Of a stretch of DNA of 29,328 nt, positions 13,501-21,468 are shown piece after piece; position 1 is the first letter of the stretch, and each line of letters opens with the position of its first letter. The position numbers and the translations under genes were made by a program. The DNA lies in IMG/VR virus record IMGVR_UViG_3300002986_000009, positions 1-29,328 of that record. One strand, 5' to 3'. This DNA comes from a virus (lineage: Duplodnaviria > Caudoviricetes). The notes beneath the pieces are model-generated. The model was not told the DNA's origin and did not search any database. It saw only the letters and a program-made list of their open reading frames with translations.

Positions 13501-14726
13501 ATGGCAGCAGTCCGCGCAGTAGCCATGGCGACGTCTTTCTCGGCCAAAGCGAGACCGGAGGTCGTAAGAGCTACGTCCGCATTGACTGACTGCATTTTTG
13601 CAATAGCAGACTCCCGCTCAGCTATGATTCCTGCCTGCAGAACCTCGGCACGTCTTAACTCTTCAGCCGTGGCCGCAGACGTAGAGACCGAACTAGCTAT
13701 CATGGCCTCGGCATTCAAAACGTTGTTTATACGGAGGGCCTGGCTGTGGTTGGCAGAGATAGTGAGTGCTTCAGCAAAAGGAATCAGCCGCGAGGTGGCA
13801 AAGATGATCCCGGCAGTCACCATATTGCTGACTGCCGATGACACATCGTCAAAGTTCCTGATGAGCCACTTAAGCGAATCGGTCACCGTCGTGATCCCGG
13901 TGAACAAGGCACCTTGCCCGAGTTCTCCTGCTTTTACCATCAGATCCTGAATGTAACGGGGAAGTGAAGTAAGCTGTTTCCCAACGGTATTCATGGCTGC
14001 CTCATAGGCCCCCTGAATACCGATACCGGCCCGGATCACTTCATTCATACGAATCTGAGCTTTCTCAGTATCTGTGAGATCGAGTGTGGTTTTCCCGGCA
14101 GCGTGTGCTGCTTTAAGGTAGGCAGCCTCGAAGTTGGTCATTAATCCTAGATGATGCAGAAGAATTGATTGCCCCGTAGCAAGACCGGTGACCATACGGT
14201 TAAATGCCTCGGAGCTGTTGATATTGCCAACTACGGCGGCATCCTGAGCAATTCGAGCCAATTTTGACGAGTAGGCCATATCTAGCTGAGCCTGGCCCAT
14301 AAGCGCGAGTCCCTGTCGAGACTCTACTGCTGATATTCCGGTTTTCTGCAGGCCAAGCTGGAAGCCCTCCATTTGAGAAGCTGTATAACCTGAATTTTCA
14401 CCTATCGTCTTCATGACGATACCAAGTGTGTCATAGCGTGCAGCAAGGATAATAGAGTCCTTGGCAAACTCTATTATTTTCCAGGAAGTAAAAGCGGCGG
14501 CAGCTGCCTCGGCATACCCGGAAATCTGCTGTAGAGATTGGGCAATAATGCCGGTAGACGAGTTGACCGAATCCCCGGTCGACGCCCAACTGGAACCTAC
14601 CGACTGATTCATCTCCGTAACTTTTCGACCCATAGACGCGGCTGAGGACTCAACGGTTTTCATCCCGCTGGTGGTCGAATCGACTCCGGTTACCTTAAGG
14701 TTGATCGCGATATCTTTCAGCGCCAT
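7551..14726 (-). CDS. Tail tape measure protein (2391 aa)
   Basis: Very long Ala-rich helical ORF right after the tail chaperones; ends with FAAGG...MGELGPELV and a coiled-coil tail typical of tape measures. Confidence 0.93.
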   Translation of the reverse strand: MALKDIAINLKVTGVDSTTSGMKTVESSAASMGRKVTEMNQSVGSSWASTGDSVNSSTGIIAQSLQQISGYAEAAAAAFTSWKIIEFAKDSIILAARYDTLGIVMKTIGENSGYTASQMEGFQLGLQKTGISAVESRQGLALMGQAQLDMAYSSKLARIAQDAAVVGNINSSEAFNRMVTGLATGQSILLHHLGLMTNFEAAYLKAAHAAGKTTLDLTDTEKAQIRMNEVIRAGIGIQGAYEAAMNTVGKQLTSLPRYIQDLMVKAGELGQGALFTGITTVTDSLKWLIRNFDDVSSAVSNMVTAGIIFATSRLIPFAEALTISANHSQALRINNVLNAEAMIASSVSTSAATAEELRRAEVLQAGIIAERESAIAKMQSVNADVALTTSGLALAEKDVAMATARTAAINANLALVASESALLEAKTTGSAQAITAIAAEETAVKSMEMTWHQYLSAHMSEYMRVYGGHTEAVQQMGREWQTFSLGVTKGTRVATSGIETVTAATIEATSATNTLTAAVELSAKDAAFAKELRAQEWADRNRLITAMSEQVAAENALTVARETATRATQSQIATTTDLALISKSAALAETQLAEAATADAIAKAGASAATSNLAIIQTEATFASRALAGASTALGTALSLVGGVYGAIAIAIGTVIYGIYKLMTATDELSKKQHEYEESLPFAKTTVALQEQKDLIDKLTKQAGMTPEQVTADNIKLENQKLLNKAIQDNIELEAKLAKIQNSMVVDWSFFGVQTEAMKIQKQIDDNNKRIAAGQATGAQQIAQDATQKALLAARHPAEPPKATEYKEDKYTKDVKRAAEQYHQYENALVADSLSVTKNARDIDLANLKLQHERMLLSDRDYLDQKAVIEAAAAQGIVDDLQSKYEAATAARNAAQAKITTKSGNLLGTADQVTTYYKNITEETKAWEALNKAKTAATIGGIDKVASDAAIAAQDTRMRQEMSIQELEARGNTLGAQQEKNLLRYADLWKKTGSQELVDRAREIDDINELNDLYVKQTALRNELASLTATNSAATASMVGINPATGSIDSIADQTAHDLAVQQDAHAERLRMIDQERQAAMDAYALSSKSALDYAKVLGIISAKEGALAIEQKDNANKTAAITTKSYRSQLAEVGNYADMSSQFITALAGAQDQSSHKGFESAKNYSLGAAFMSTAAAIIGQLSGPDAWTPVAWARSALAGALGLIQIAKIESTSFGGTGSVSVPSGGGIVGGGSSGGSGQVTGSSTGSSIKSLTVDLGLQGAIQENTQALHRLALGITEITQVLPDHGAYNLLSRTTYGASSGGTSSSSGVGSALGLASGALIGAGIGGAIVAGGAFTTAIAVAVAASLAGDAAVAVAAGSAAGSLAAGAALGSWAGPIGAAAGVAIASIASFGFGFGNSWQQRGSGLSLSSSGGDISGQNYTDYTKKGGWFTSDKHKTDYSALDSGTDQYISDSNQKIQAVVTTAAAALGVVTNYANAATVTMKIETDGRSIKDVNADINKFFGLTADSMASTIRDLSQYAIEVGDGTDAKMETSSETLLRLASSLQGVNDMLSLTNTGLISLGLAGGDAASRLSEAFGGTDKLVTANQTWNEAVYTSAQATAMKVATSQQLINNTLGGLVDKIPATAAGFAALRDGLDLNTDSGLAMFTMLTQLAPAIKDVTQQVADLVKAQTDLDQGAFTTILKLTGNNSAFSDLYTLQISQQSALADAVEKGLDVGQLQIAQQMEWADAVKTATKTISDAQAKLLDDSKTALTGALSLSQTILGTLRTLLGAAASPELAYSQAKSDFAAADASNVAARATALDTASKAYYASGMGYQQDRTDILAKLAAMSETAPNISDVDKQIALLTDIQKAISDGNTAMVAALGVTFNAAQIDMGTANNALTQAIAALQVTLNTPITAGTAKTAITAQITLLQSSLNSTVTGTAKDSISTAINLLQLSLNGTITAASAKSGIDLAYQVTQGALNGTISGTLAATTISAQYAITQGALNGTITAETATKALSTVYSAVQGSLNGTLTSATASTAIGAVYSAVQGSLNGKISSTDATAYIGQTYATVKSALDGAISGDTAASTIKSQYDIISQALGTGMSAALTSVSDALSAFAAELAKVNSAASGSLTGVLNGLGALSTYETAKTTYGTVMAGLTAQYRAGTISDSDYQNQATAALAPATQAYNAVTASGITAAAPAGITPSAADIIAHNAHTHYVTVIGTTIEYDANRYLSLGQVTSHGTILDKWKLQPGQAYANGTPNDGAIYQYGDGRIPAFAAGGNYSGGSALMGELGPELVDSSPGYVYRADETKALFAMARRGVASDNYGSSNDETTQELREQNRLLRELLVKTEALLVEARAGNRIEQAAFPRLIAAEESQADSMRTVASNGRRKGSE

Positions 14727-14738
14727 TTTGGACCTCTA

Positions 14739-15185
14739 TCAGTTGGGGCAGGTCGCGCAGGTCTGTTCCAGGCCGGCGCCGAGCATCTTGCGACATTCGT
14801 CTATTTTTTCGTTCCGGCAGTACTCACCCAAGGCCTGGTGCTCACTGCCATCCGCAGCTGCTGAGGAGCGATTCTTCCCCTGGGTCTCGCTGAAGCCGCT
14901 CCGCCAGAAGCGGTCCATGCCCTTCAATACTTCGTACTCCCAGGCAGTAGGATCGTTACCGGTATTGTTCGCCCAGGCAGCCAGTTCCTGGTGGGAGAGC
15001 GCTTCCGGGATACAGTCACCGCCGCCCATACCCGCGACGACTGTAAATTTTCGGCTATCGTTCAGGTCGGTGAACCAGCCAAAGATATGAGCCGTGAGCG
15101 GGTTGAGATCCTCAGGGTCACAGTCCCGCCCCCGGCCGTGCATCTTAGCTTGGTCCTGCAACTCCTCTATCAGTTCTGCAAAAAA
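14739..15185 (-). CDS. Tail assembly chaperone, gpT-like part reached by -1 frameshift
   Basis: The -1 frame is open from the slippery T TTT TTG (15179-15185) through AELIEELQDQAK to the stop at 14739; WF.DL...R...G.G......S.QEL.AW motif. Confidence 0.75.
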   Translation of the reverse strand, partial: FFAELIEELQDQAKMHGRGRDCDPEDLNPLTAHIFGWFTDLNDSRKFTVVAGMGGGDCIPEALSHQELAAWANNTGNDPTAWEYEVLKGMDRFWRSGFSETQGKNRSSAAADGSEHQALGEYCRNEKIDECRKMLGAGLEQTCATCPN

Positions 15186-15622
15186 TTGGAACGGTCACCG
15201 ATTTCGCTGTCGATCTGTTCCTTCATCCAGGGAAGGTCCACGTAGGCGCGGCGCACGTTCTCCGGGGTGCAGGGAAGCCACTCGTCGTCGTCCAGCTCGA
15301 TTTCGGGACGGGAACCGGTTACTTTTCCATTTTCGTCGAGGATATCAGTACGCCAGCTCTTGGTGCAGCCGACCAGGAGATCAAGCCCTTCGGCCTCAAG
15401 CGCCTCAGCGGTGGTCGCCGGCTTTTTCCGATTTCCCTTTTTAGCGGCCTGTTCTAAGCGATGGTTAGTCTGTCGGCGCTGGATATTGCGGCAGACATCC
15501 GAGTCGGAACCGTAGACGGTGATATGGATGCCGAGGGGAAGATCGGTCACCGGGTGCAGGATGTCTATTTCAGCTCCTGCGGCGGCGGGTTTAGTGGGAG
15601 ATAATTTTTTTAGCGATGCCAT
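15170..15622 (-). CDS. Tail assembly chaperone, gpG-like (150 aa)
   Basis: Between tube and tape measure; GAGG RBS; HPVT...GI.I.VYG.DS, TPENV, PW.KEQ and RSNF motifs. Confidence 0.85.
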   Translation of the reverse strand: MASLKKLSPTKPAAAGAEIDILHPVTDLPLGIHITVYGSDSDVCRNIQRRQTNHRLEQAAKKGNRKKPATTAEALEAEGLDLLVGCTKSWRTDILDENGKVTGSRPEIELDDDEWLPCTPENVRRAYVDLPWMKEQIDSEIGDRSNFLQN

Positions 15623-15753
15623 GGGGTATTCCTCTCTTTATTTGGATTGAATGAAGGGGCGCAGGCGCACCCCGAAAGGGTTAAAAAAAGGCGGTAAGGA
15701 GGCCGGAGCCTCCAACCTCCGAGGAGGGCGGAGGCTCCGCCAATGCTCTACTG

Positions 15754-16704
15754 CTATTTGACGAATTCCAGCTTGAATTCGTCGTCGCCGGTATTCATGG
15801 CGACCTGGATATCGAGGTCGGCGGTAATGATGCCGGAGCGGTCCCCGCTTCCTACCTTGGTGTAGACGCACTTGGGAGCGCCCAGGGTAAATCTGTTGTA
15901 GTTAACTGCCCCGATGGGTCCCATGGAGAGCACGCCAGCCGAGCCCGACTTCCACTTGCCCATAAAGTCATAGGTTGCCGGCAGCACCATCTCCGGATCA
16001 AGCTTACCGGTCGGCTTACGGTCGACGAGCAGTGCGGACTGGTAACCGGTTACGGCGTTGGCATCAGTACGCATCTGGACATCGTTACCCATGTCGATGG
16101 AAAAGGTTTCGAAGACGGCGGCGTAGGCGTCGATGGTCAGTGTCGCATTCATCATGACTGGCGGCACCGTCATCTCTAGGGTCGGAGCGATCATGGTAGC
16201 GGCGGGGGATCCGGCCCAGACACCAGTGAATTTGAAGTCGGCGAAGATCGGCTCGCCCACTTTGCCGCTGAAGCTGACCGTACCGCGGGAACCGATCAGT
16301 TTATGGACCATGCCGTCCTCGTACATCCAGAGGGTGAGGGAGGGGATACCGGTCGATGCCGGGAGGTAGGTGACCTTTTCGCTGCCGACGGTGGTTACGT
16401 CGACGGTCTCCGCAAAGCCGCAGGCGCGCAGGTAGACGCCCAGTGCTGGCTTAACGGTGGCGCTGTAGGCCGCTCCGGGTCCCTTCAGCTCGGCCTTGAA
16501 GCTGATCGTTCCCATAGTCTGCCCGGGGATTGACTGCAGTTTGGACAGCGTATTCAGTTTTACGTTGTCCCGGGCGTACATCTTGACGTCGCCGTCGAAT
16601 TTTGCATCGATGGCGACGATACCCGCATCGGTGACGGTAATAACCTCACCGGTCCCCTCAACGGTTTCGATCTTTCCGGCTATGACTCTACGGCGTGTCA
16701 GCAT
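15754..16704 (-). CDS. Major tail tube protein (316 aa)
   Basis: GGAGG RBS; MLTRRRVIAGKIE start; beta-rich; sits just before the chaperones; no sheath gene, so siphovirus-like. Confidence 0.85.
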   Translation of the reverse strand: MLTRRRVIAGKIETVEGTGEVITVTDAGIVAIDAKFDGDVKMYARDNVKLNTLSKLQSIPGQTMGTISFKAELKGPGAAYSATVKPALGVYLRACGFAETVDVTTVGSEKVTYLPASTGIPSLTLWMYEDGMVHKLIGSRGTVSFSGKVGEPIFADFKFTGVWAGSPAATMIAPTLEMTVPPVMMNATLTIDAYAAVFETFSIDMGNDVQMRTDANAVTGYQSALLVDRKPTGKLDPEMVLPATYDFMGKWKSGSAGVLSMGPIGAVNYNRFTLGAPKCVYTKVGSGDRSGIITADLDIQVAMNTGDDEFKLEFVK

Positions 16705-16867
16705 TTTTATCCTCCTCCCTTGGCCCTATGGCCCCTTCTTCAGCGGCAGGAGCCGCCTCGTCTTGCTGCATGACTGCCGGAATCTCCCGGGGGGTGTCGC
16801 TGCAGATGATGATGGTCTCGGATGCATCGTTCGTGGTGATCTGCTGCAGGTAATTATTTCCGTCCAT
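16688..16867 (-). CDS. Small acidic hypothetical protein (59 aa, MDGNNYLQQ...KNADTP)
   Basis: Read manually (below the ORF-track cutoff); AAGGAG 10 nt upstream; fills the gap before the tube gene. Confidence 0.5.
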   Translation of the reverse strand: MDGNNYLQQITTNDASETIIICSDTPREIPAVMQQDEAAPAAEEGAIGPREEDKNADTP

Positions 16868-16881
16868 GGTTCATGGTCTCC

Positions 16882-17121
16882 TTATCGTAATGGTTCGCCC
16901 CAGGGAGCAAGATGCGCACTATAGCCGGAGGTGCCCCGGCATTCGGGGTTATCCGGACCAGTTCGTTCCGCTTGTGCCCGACGGCCGGCTATTCCATGCC
17001 GGCAGGGGCCAGTGTTGCTGGGGTAGAAGCATTCCCCTTCGTAGGCGGCGTAGGGGCAAACCACTAGGAGCGGAAGTACCCCACAGAGGGTCAAATCATT
17101 GGTATTCTGGTCAGGTGCCAT
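16882..17121 (-). CDS. Small Cys-containing hypothetical protein (79 aa)
   Basis: ATG at 17121 preceded by GAGGGGGG; fills the gap after the holin; no family recognised. Confidence 0.45.
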   Translation of the reverse strand: MAPDQNTNDLTLCGVLPLLVVCPYAAYEGECFYPSNTGPCRHGIAGRRAQAERTGPDNPECRGTSGYSAHLAPWGEPLR

Positions 17122-17143
17122 TCTAGCCCCCCTCATTACACCG

Positions 17144-17626
17144 TCACTTGGTTCCCTTTATCTTTTCGACGGTGCGCATGGTTCCCAGTCCCAGCATCCC
17201 GAAAAGTAGTCCCATCAGGTCGGACATCGGGACATCGGGCATTGCGGGGACGATGCTCTGCATACCGAAGGTCAGCGCCCCTACCTGGCAGAGCCAAGGG
17301 AGGAGCGGCTTAGCGATGAACGTCACCGCGAGCCCCGCAACGCAGATCCATCCAACGGCCGGGCGCCAACCGCTTTTGAAAAGGGACTCGCTTCCCGCCT
17401 CGATCTTATTGAGGTCCACCTGGCCCTGCATCTGGGCCGTGTCGAAGTCGGCGGCTGCCTTGGTCGTTGCGGCCTCCATGGCCATCAACTGCATCTCGAT
17501 CTGGGTTTTCTGCTCCGCTGTGAGTTCCGGACCGACGATCGCGGTCCTGATGCTCTGCGCTAGCCCCCCGACGCCTTCCAGTACGCTCTTGGCGCCACCG
17601 CCCATTAACGCTGCCAACCAGTCCAT
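17144..17626 (-). CDS. Holin, 3TM/GTA-type family (160 aa)
   Basis: SGWRPAVGW motif, hydrophobic segments, GMLGLG.MRT.EK end; adjacent to the endolysin. Confidence 0.85.
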   Translation of the reverse strand: MDWLAALMGGGAKSVLEGVGGLAQSIRTAIVGPELTAEQKTQIEMQLMAMEAATTKAAADFDTAQMQGQVDLNKIEAGSESLFKSGWRPAVGWICVAGLAVTFIAKPLLPWLCQVGALTFGMQSIVPAMPDVPMSDLMGLLFGMLGLGTMRTVEKIKGTK

Positions 17627-17635
17627 GACGTCTCC

Positions 17636-18112
17636 TTAGGCCATTGCCAGTATATGATCCGGCGGCGGAGTCATCCCGCCAGCGAACCAGGTATCAGCTG
17701 CAAAGTCGGGGCATGTTTTGCCCTGGGCGATTGCCGTGTTGAACTGGCAGTGGCCCTTGACTGCGGAGCCGGGATATTTCTGCACCAGCATGGAGACGAC
17801 CATCTGCAGCGACTGCCACTGTGCCGGGGTATACTTCCCCTTGCCGATCAGGCAGATATTGATGCTGGTGGCGTTATGCCCCTCGACTGCCGCGGGGATC
17901 TCGTCTTCGGCCCGGCCGGTATGCAGCGAGCCGTCAATGTAGATCACGAAGTGATAGCCGATCGCCTTAAGGCTCGGGTTAAAGGCATCCCGCGCGGCGG
18001 GAGTGCGGTGGAAGCCGCGATCCTGGTGCCACTGGTCGATATCCTCGACGGTCTGCGGCCGACCGTTGGGGGTGTCGGATTCGTGAATGATGATGTTTTG
18101 GATATTGCGCAT
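17636..18112 (-). CDS. Endolysin, N-acetylmuramoyl-L-alanine amidase (T7 lysozyme/Amidase_2-like, 158 aa)
   Basis: IIIH, IGYHFVI..DG....GR, GHN..SINICLIG, GH and KTCP zinc-amidase motifs. Confidence 0.92.
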   Translation of the reverse strand: MRNIQNIIIHESDTPNGRPQTVEDIDQWHQDRGFHRTPAARDAFNPSLKAIGYHFVIYIDGSLHTGRAEDEIPAAVEGHNATSINICLIGKGKYTPAQWQSLQMVVSMLVQKYPGSAVKGHCQFNTAIAQGKTCPDFAADTWFAGGMTPPPDHILAMA

Positions 18113-18114
18113 AA

Positions 18115-18357
18115 TTATTCGCCCTCTCGTTCTCGTATGGCGGCGCCTGACTTACACTCAAGTTTGCAGGTGCCGTTACGGTAAAAACAGGTACCGCATC
18201 CGATGATCTTGGGGACCAGCCGGAATATCTGTACCAGGGTATAAATGGCGGTCAGGATATAAACCCAGGTCTGGAACCCGATGCCGGCAAAGGATGCCGT
18301 CGTAACCAGGACCGGCGGAAGTACTTCCTTGCTGGCACTTGAGATTGTCTTGATCAT
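18115..18357 (-). CDS. Small holin, T7 gp17.5-like, with a Cys-rich tail (80 aa)
   Basis: ATG at 18357 with GGAGG RBS (the 220-aa track ORF is over-extended); PP...G....WVY..T.IYT.VQI pattern. Confidence 0.65.
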   Translation of the reverse strand: MIKTISSASKEVLPPVLVTTASFAGIGFQTWVYILTAIYTLVQIFRLVPKIIGCGTCFYRNGTCKLECKSGAAIREREGE

Positions 18358-18373
18358 TGCTGCGTTACCTCCA

Positions 18374-18805
18374 CTACATCTGCCAGCGTGGTGTGCGGTA
18401 GGTGATAGCCAGGGCGATTTGTGCGCTTCCAATGAAGTCGCCCTGCTGGATGCATTTAACGGCTTTTGCCGGATCGTTGATGCTGATGATCTGCGGGATA
18501 CCCAGGGGACCAGCCGGGTCCCGTTCGGCTTCCCCGATCGCCGCGTAGACCTGGGCGACCAGAGAGCGGATCGCCTTTTGCGCGGTGCGCTCCGCCACGT
18601 AGAGAACGATGCTGACCGCCAGATCATGGTCTGTCTGCACGGCGCCGGCCGGGTTCCCCTCCGCCTTCGGGGTAAACACGTTGGCCGCGGGGAGCTCCGG
18701 CGGATTGAACGGAGTGACCCGGCCGTCGACGGCGGTCTCGATGGACGGCAGCTCCTGCAAAAGAGCCACCAGGGCATCGACTATGGATTGTTCAACGGTA
18801 TGCAT
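18374..18805 (-). CDS. Tail terminator / gpU-like protein (143 aa)
   Basis: Follows the head-tail joining gene with a TGATG overlap; GR......ELPA..V and ITYRT motifs. Confidence 0.7.
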   Translation of the reverse strand: MHTVEQSIVDALVALLQELPSIETAVDGRVTPFNPPELPAANVFTPKAEGNPAGAVQTDHDLAVSIVLYVAERTAQKAIRSLVAQVYAAIGEAERDPAGPLGIPQIISINDPAKAVKCIQQGDFIGSAQIALAITYRTPRWQM

Positions 18806-19110
18806 CAAAAGTCCTTGGTCAGGATCAGCCGGGTCATTCCGGCTCCGTCGGGCGCGATACCCGCCACTTCGAAGTCGTCCACGGCAATGAGGTTTTTGAA
18901 GATGGTAAGCTGTGTAGCCTGCCGAATCCCGAGGCGGACTAGATCGGTGTCGAGCATGGAGCAGGCTGGCGCCGTACTTCCGATTTGTCCCTCGTAAACC
19001 TCGGCCATTTTGAATGGTTCGTCATAGAGAACCGGGGCAGAATCAGCGCCGACAGTGACACTGTGCGGAGAATCCAACAAAAAAATATCGCTGTCGGCGC
19101 TGAAATCCAT
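18805..19110 (-). CDS. Head-tail joining protein, gpFII-like (101 aa)
   Basis: ATG at 19110, 2 bp after the capsid stop; ends with PDG.G.TRLIL. Confidence 0.75.
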   Translation of the reverse strand: MDFSADSDIFLLDSPHSVTVGADSAPVLYDEPFKMAEVYEGQIGSTAPACSMLDTDLVRLGIRQATQLTIFKNLIAVDDFEVAGIAPDGAGMTRLILTKDF

Positions 19111-19112
19111 GG

Positions 19113-20300
19113 TTAAATTACCTTTATGACGGTGCCGGCCTTCGGCTCCAGCAGGGCCAGGAGCGGAGCGGACTGGCAAAGCAGGTTGACGGCGGAGGGA
19201 TTTTCCTCCTCCCATGCTTTGCAGAAGCACTTTTGTGCGAAGGTGCCTGCTTTCAGGTCCTGGATTGCGGCGTAGAGCTCCTGGTTGCCGGTAGCCTGGG
19301 TGGAGCCGATGAAGATGCAACCGGCAGGGACGTAGGGCTGCAGCGCTCCAGAGGTGTCGGAGTACTTGGCGCTGTCCACAAACATGTCGACGTTAGTATC
19401 GGCGTCCCGGTAGGTACCGATATAGGTGATGTTCTTTTCCAGCGGCATCGGGGCGATCATGCCCAGGTTGATATCGCGCAGGTTGGTGAAGAACTTCAGG
19501 GTGTTGGGGTTGTTCTTGAACGCCTTGTAGGCGTCGGATGCAAAGACAACCGTATCGGAGACTACCTGCCCGTCGTCCGAATTCTTGGTGCAGGCGTCGG
19601 CGATATCATCCAGTGGGGTACCGGTTGCGGTATCCCACTTGTCGCCGCCAGCAAGCGCCCGTGCCCCGGTCAGGTTATGGTCGTCCGGAAGGTCAAAGGT
19701 GATGACGTGATCGTATCCGTCGCCCTGGATACGATACTGGCCGGAAAAGAGCGCGTTGGCCGCCATCCATTCGAGGCGGTAAGCGATCTCGTCCATGCTG
19801 GCGCCGATTCGTTCGCCCATCAGGAAGGACACGACCTGGTTCAAATCGTCGGACTGCTCATAGATGTTCATCCCCGGGCGCCGTTTCAGGATATCGGCTG
19901 CGGTAATGAGACGCAGAGGCTTAATGTAGGGGGGCGTGTAGCTCTTCATGGAGAAGCCAGTGTTGGTGATCGGCTTGCCGGGCAGGGTCGGGTGGCAAAA
20001 GGGTGCCATACCACGTCTCGGCATGACCAGGTCGATATCGATCTCTGCCGTCTGGAACTGGTAGCTCCGGCCAAAGAAGCGCTGGCGCAGGAAGTTGTTG
20101 GGAATCGGAATGCGTTCGACGGCGGTATGCAGGCTCCGGAGGGTAAACGGGTTCAGCAGGCCCATCATCATGGGATACTTCGCGCCTGCGAGGGGGGCAG
20201 CGCTGGCGGCATGGACGGCGCTATCAGGCGCCAGGATGGACGCTGCCAGGATGCAGCAGAGCGTTAGGATGAAATAGCCGAAAAAGGTTCTCTTGGTCAC
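19113..20300 (-). CDS. Major capsid protein, lambda gpE family, with a 43-aa hydrophobic leader (395 aa)
   Basis: FL...FF, MAPF..P, PPYIKP, RLEWMAA.AL..G and SAPL motifs; GTG start with GGAGG RBS. Confidence 0.92.
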   Translation of the reverse strand: MTKRTFFGYFILTLCCILAASILAPDSAVHAASAAPLAGAKYPMMMGLLNPFTLRSLHTAVERIPIPNNFLRQRFFGRSYQFQTAEIDIDLVMPRRGMAPFCHPTLPGKPITNTGFSMKSYTPPYIKPLRLITAADILKRRPGMNIYEQSDDLNQVVSFLMGERIGASMDEIAYRLEWMAANALFSGQYRIQGDGYDHVITFDLPDDHNLTGARALAGGDKWDTATGTPLDDIADACTKNSDDGQVVSDTVVFASDAYKAFKNNPNTLKFFTNLRDINLGMIAPMPLEKNITYIGTYRDADTNVDMFVDSAKYSDTSGALQPYVPAGCIFIGSTQATGNQELYAAIQDLKAGTFAQKCFCKAWEEENPSAVNLLCQSAPLLALLEPKAGTVIKVI

Positions 20301-20351
20301 GACGGTGTTCCTCCGTAAAAAAATTGGTTGACCCTGGCAGCTTTCAGACTG

Positions 20352-21014
20352 CTAGGAAGCGACGTTGAAGGTCTCCTGCATATCGATCAGGTAGATGTTC
20401 CTACCCTGGAGCGGCAGCAGGTAGTCGGCGGCAACCGTACCGGCGGCGAAGATGACGGCTGCCTTATTAAAACATCCGGTCTGATAGGCGGGAGCTACGA
20501 CGTCGCCGGTAGTGGTGTCGGTTGTCTCGGCCAAAACTACCAGGTCTGCCCCAATGGGGTCCGCGCTGCCGTCGACCGCCGTCTTGTCCAGGAGCAGGAA
20601 CTTGCCGCTTCCGGCAATGACCGGGATTGTGAAGTGGTCGCCGACGATGAAGTCGGTGGCGCCGTCGTTGATGGTAAAGCTGATCTGGCTATTGACATAG
20701 GCAACTGCGACTGTCGCATCAGCGAGACGGAAGCCGTCCGGGTCGACCACCTTGAAGGTCCCGGCATTGGCGGCCGCCGTAATGCAGGTAATGATGTAGG
20801 CGCCCAATTTGGTCTCGGGCTTCAGGGCCACGCCGGTAATGGTGCCGTTACCGGTGCCCACTACGGCGGGGATGATGTCGAGCCCACGAGCGATGGCACC
20901 GAGCACGGAGCCGCGGGCAAGGACGCCCTGGCCACTTTTCAGGGTAGCGGACTTGCCTAGAATATCGATATCGGGACGGGCGAAGAGCTTATCGGGGGTG
21001 TAGATGTCAGTCAT
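20352..21014 (-). CDS. Head decoration protein, gpD-like, with an inserted beta domain (220 aa)
   Basis: Between protease and capsid; YTPDKL...TL.SGQ..L.RGSVLG at the start and A.DGS..P...VLAE..D...G.FN near the end. Confidence 0.85.
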   Translation of the reverse strand: MTDIYTPDKLFARPDIDILGKSATLKSGQGVLARGSVLGAIARGLDIIPAVVGTGNGTITGVALKPETKLGAYIITCITAAANAGTFKVVDPDGFRLADATVAVAYVNSQISFTINDGATDFIVGDHFTIPVIAGSGKFLLLDKTAVDGSADPIGADLVVLAETTDTTTGDVVAPAYQTGCFNKAAVIFAAGTVAADYLLPLQGRNIYLIDMQETFNVAS

Positions 21015-21078
21015 GTCTTCTTCTCCTCAAAACGTGAAGGGTGAAAGGTGAAAGTAAGGGGTCAGCCTCCCCCCAGGG

Positions 21079-21468
21079 CTACTGGCGGGACTGGAAGGCT
21101 GCTGCGCCGGCGACCATCTGGTCGACAGAGCTGGAGATCGCTTTTTCTTCGTCCGAAGCACTGCCCGCTTCCGCATCGGGAGCGGCCTGCACGGCGCCGG
21201 TCTTGATCGCGGCAGCCATGGTAATGCGGTTTTCCTCTGCGGCCGTGTGGATCCGGAACACGGCAGTCTCGGCCGTCGATTTGCCGTCGAAAGCCATCTG
21301 AGTGATCAGGTCCTTGTGTGCGGCGGCTAGGGGGCCGGGGATGGAGAGCACCGACTGGATGCGGGTGCGCTCGGACTCTGCGCCGTTGACGATCCCCGCC
21401 TGCTGCCCTTCATTGAAAACGTCCGCGAAGAGGGCGGGGTATTTCTCTTTCAGCTCTGCTTTTGTCAT
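21079..21468 (-). CDS. Nested in-frame scaffolding protein, Nu3-like (129 aa)
   Basis: Internal AAGGAGG 8 nt before the ATG of MTKAELKEKYP; E.ER.RI motif; same arrangement as lambda C/Nu3. Confidence 0.7.
   Translation of the reverse strand: MTKAELKEKYPALFADVFNEGQQAGIVNGAESERTRIQSVLSIPGPLAAAHKDLITQMAFDGKSTAETAVFRIHTAAEENRITMAAAIKTGAVQAAPDAEAGSASDEEKAISSSVDQMVAGAAAFQSRQ

Noticed and set aside
19233-20267. 344-aa plus-strand ORF and other long antisense ORFs (e.g. 13339-13950, 18281-18997, 20328-20960, 22524-23165)
   Set aside because: They lie opposite well-supported genes in GC-rich DNA and show no recognisable motifs; treated as shadow ORFs.
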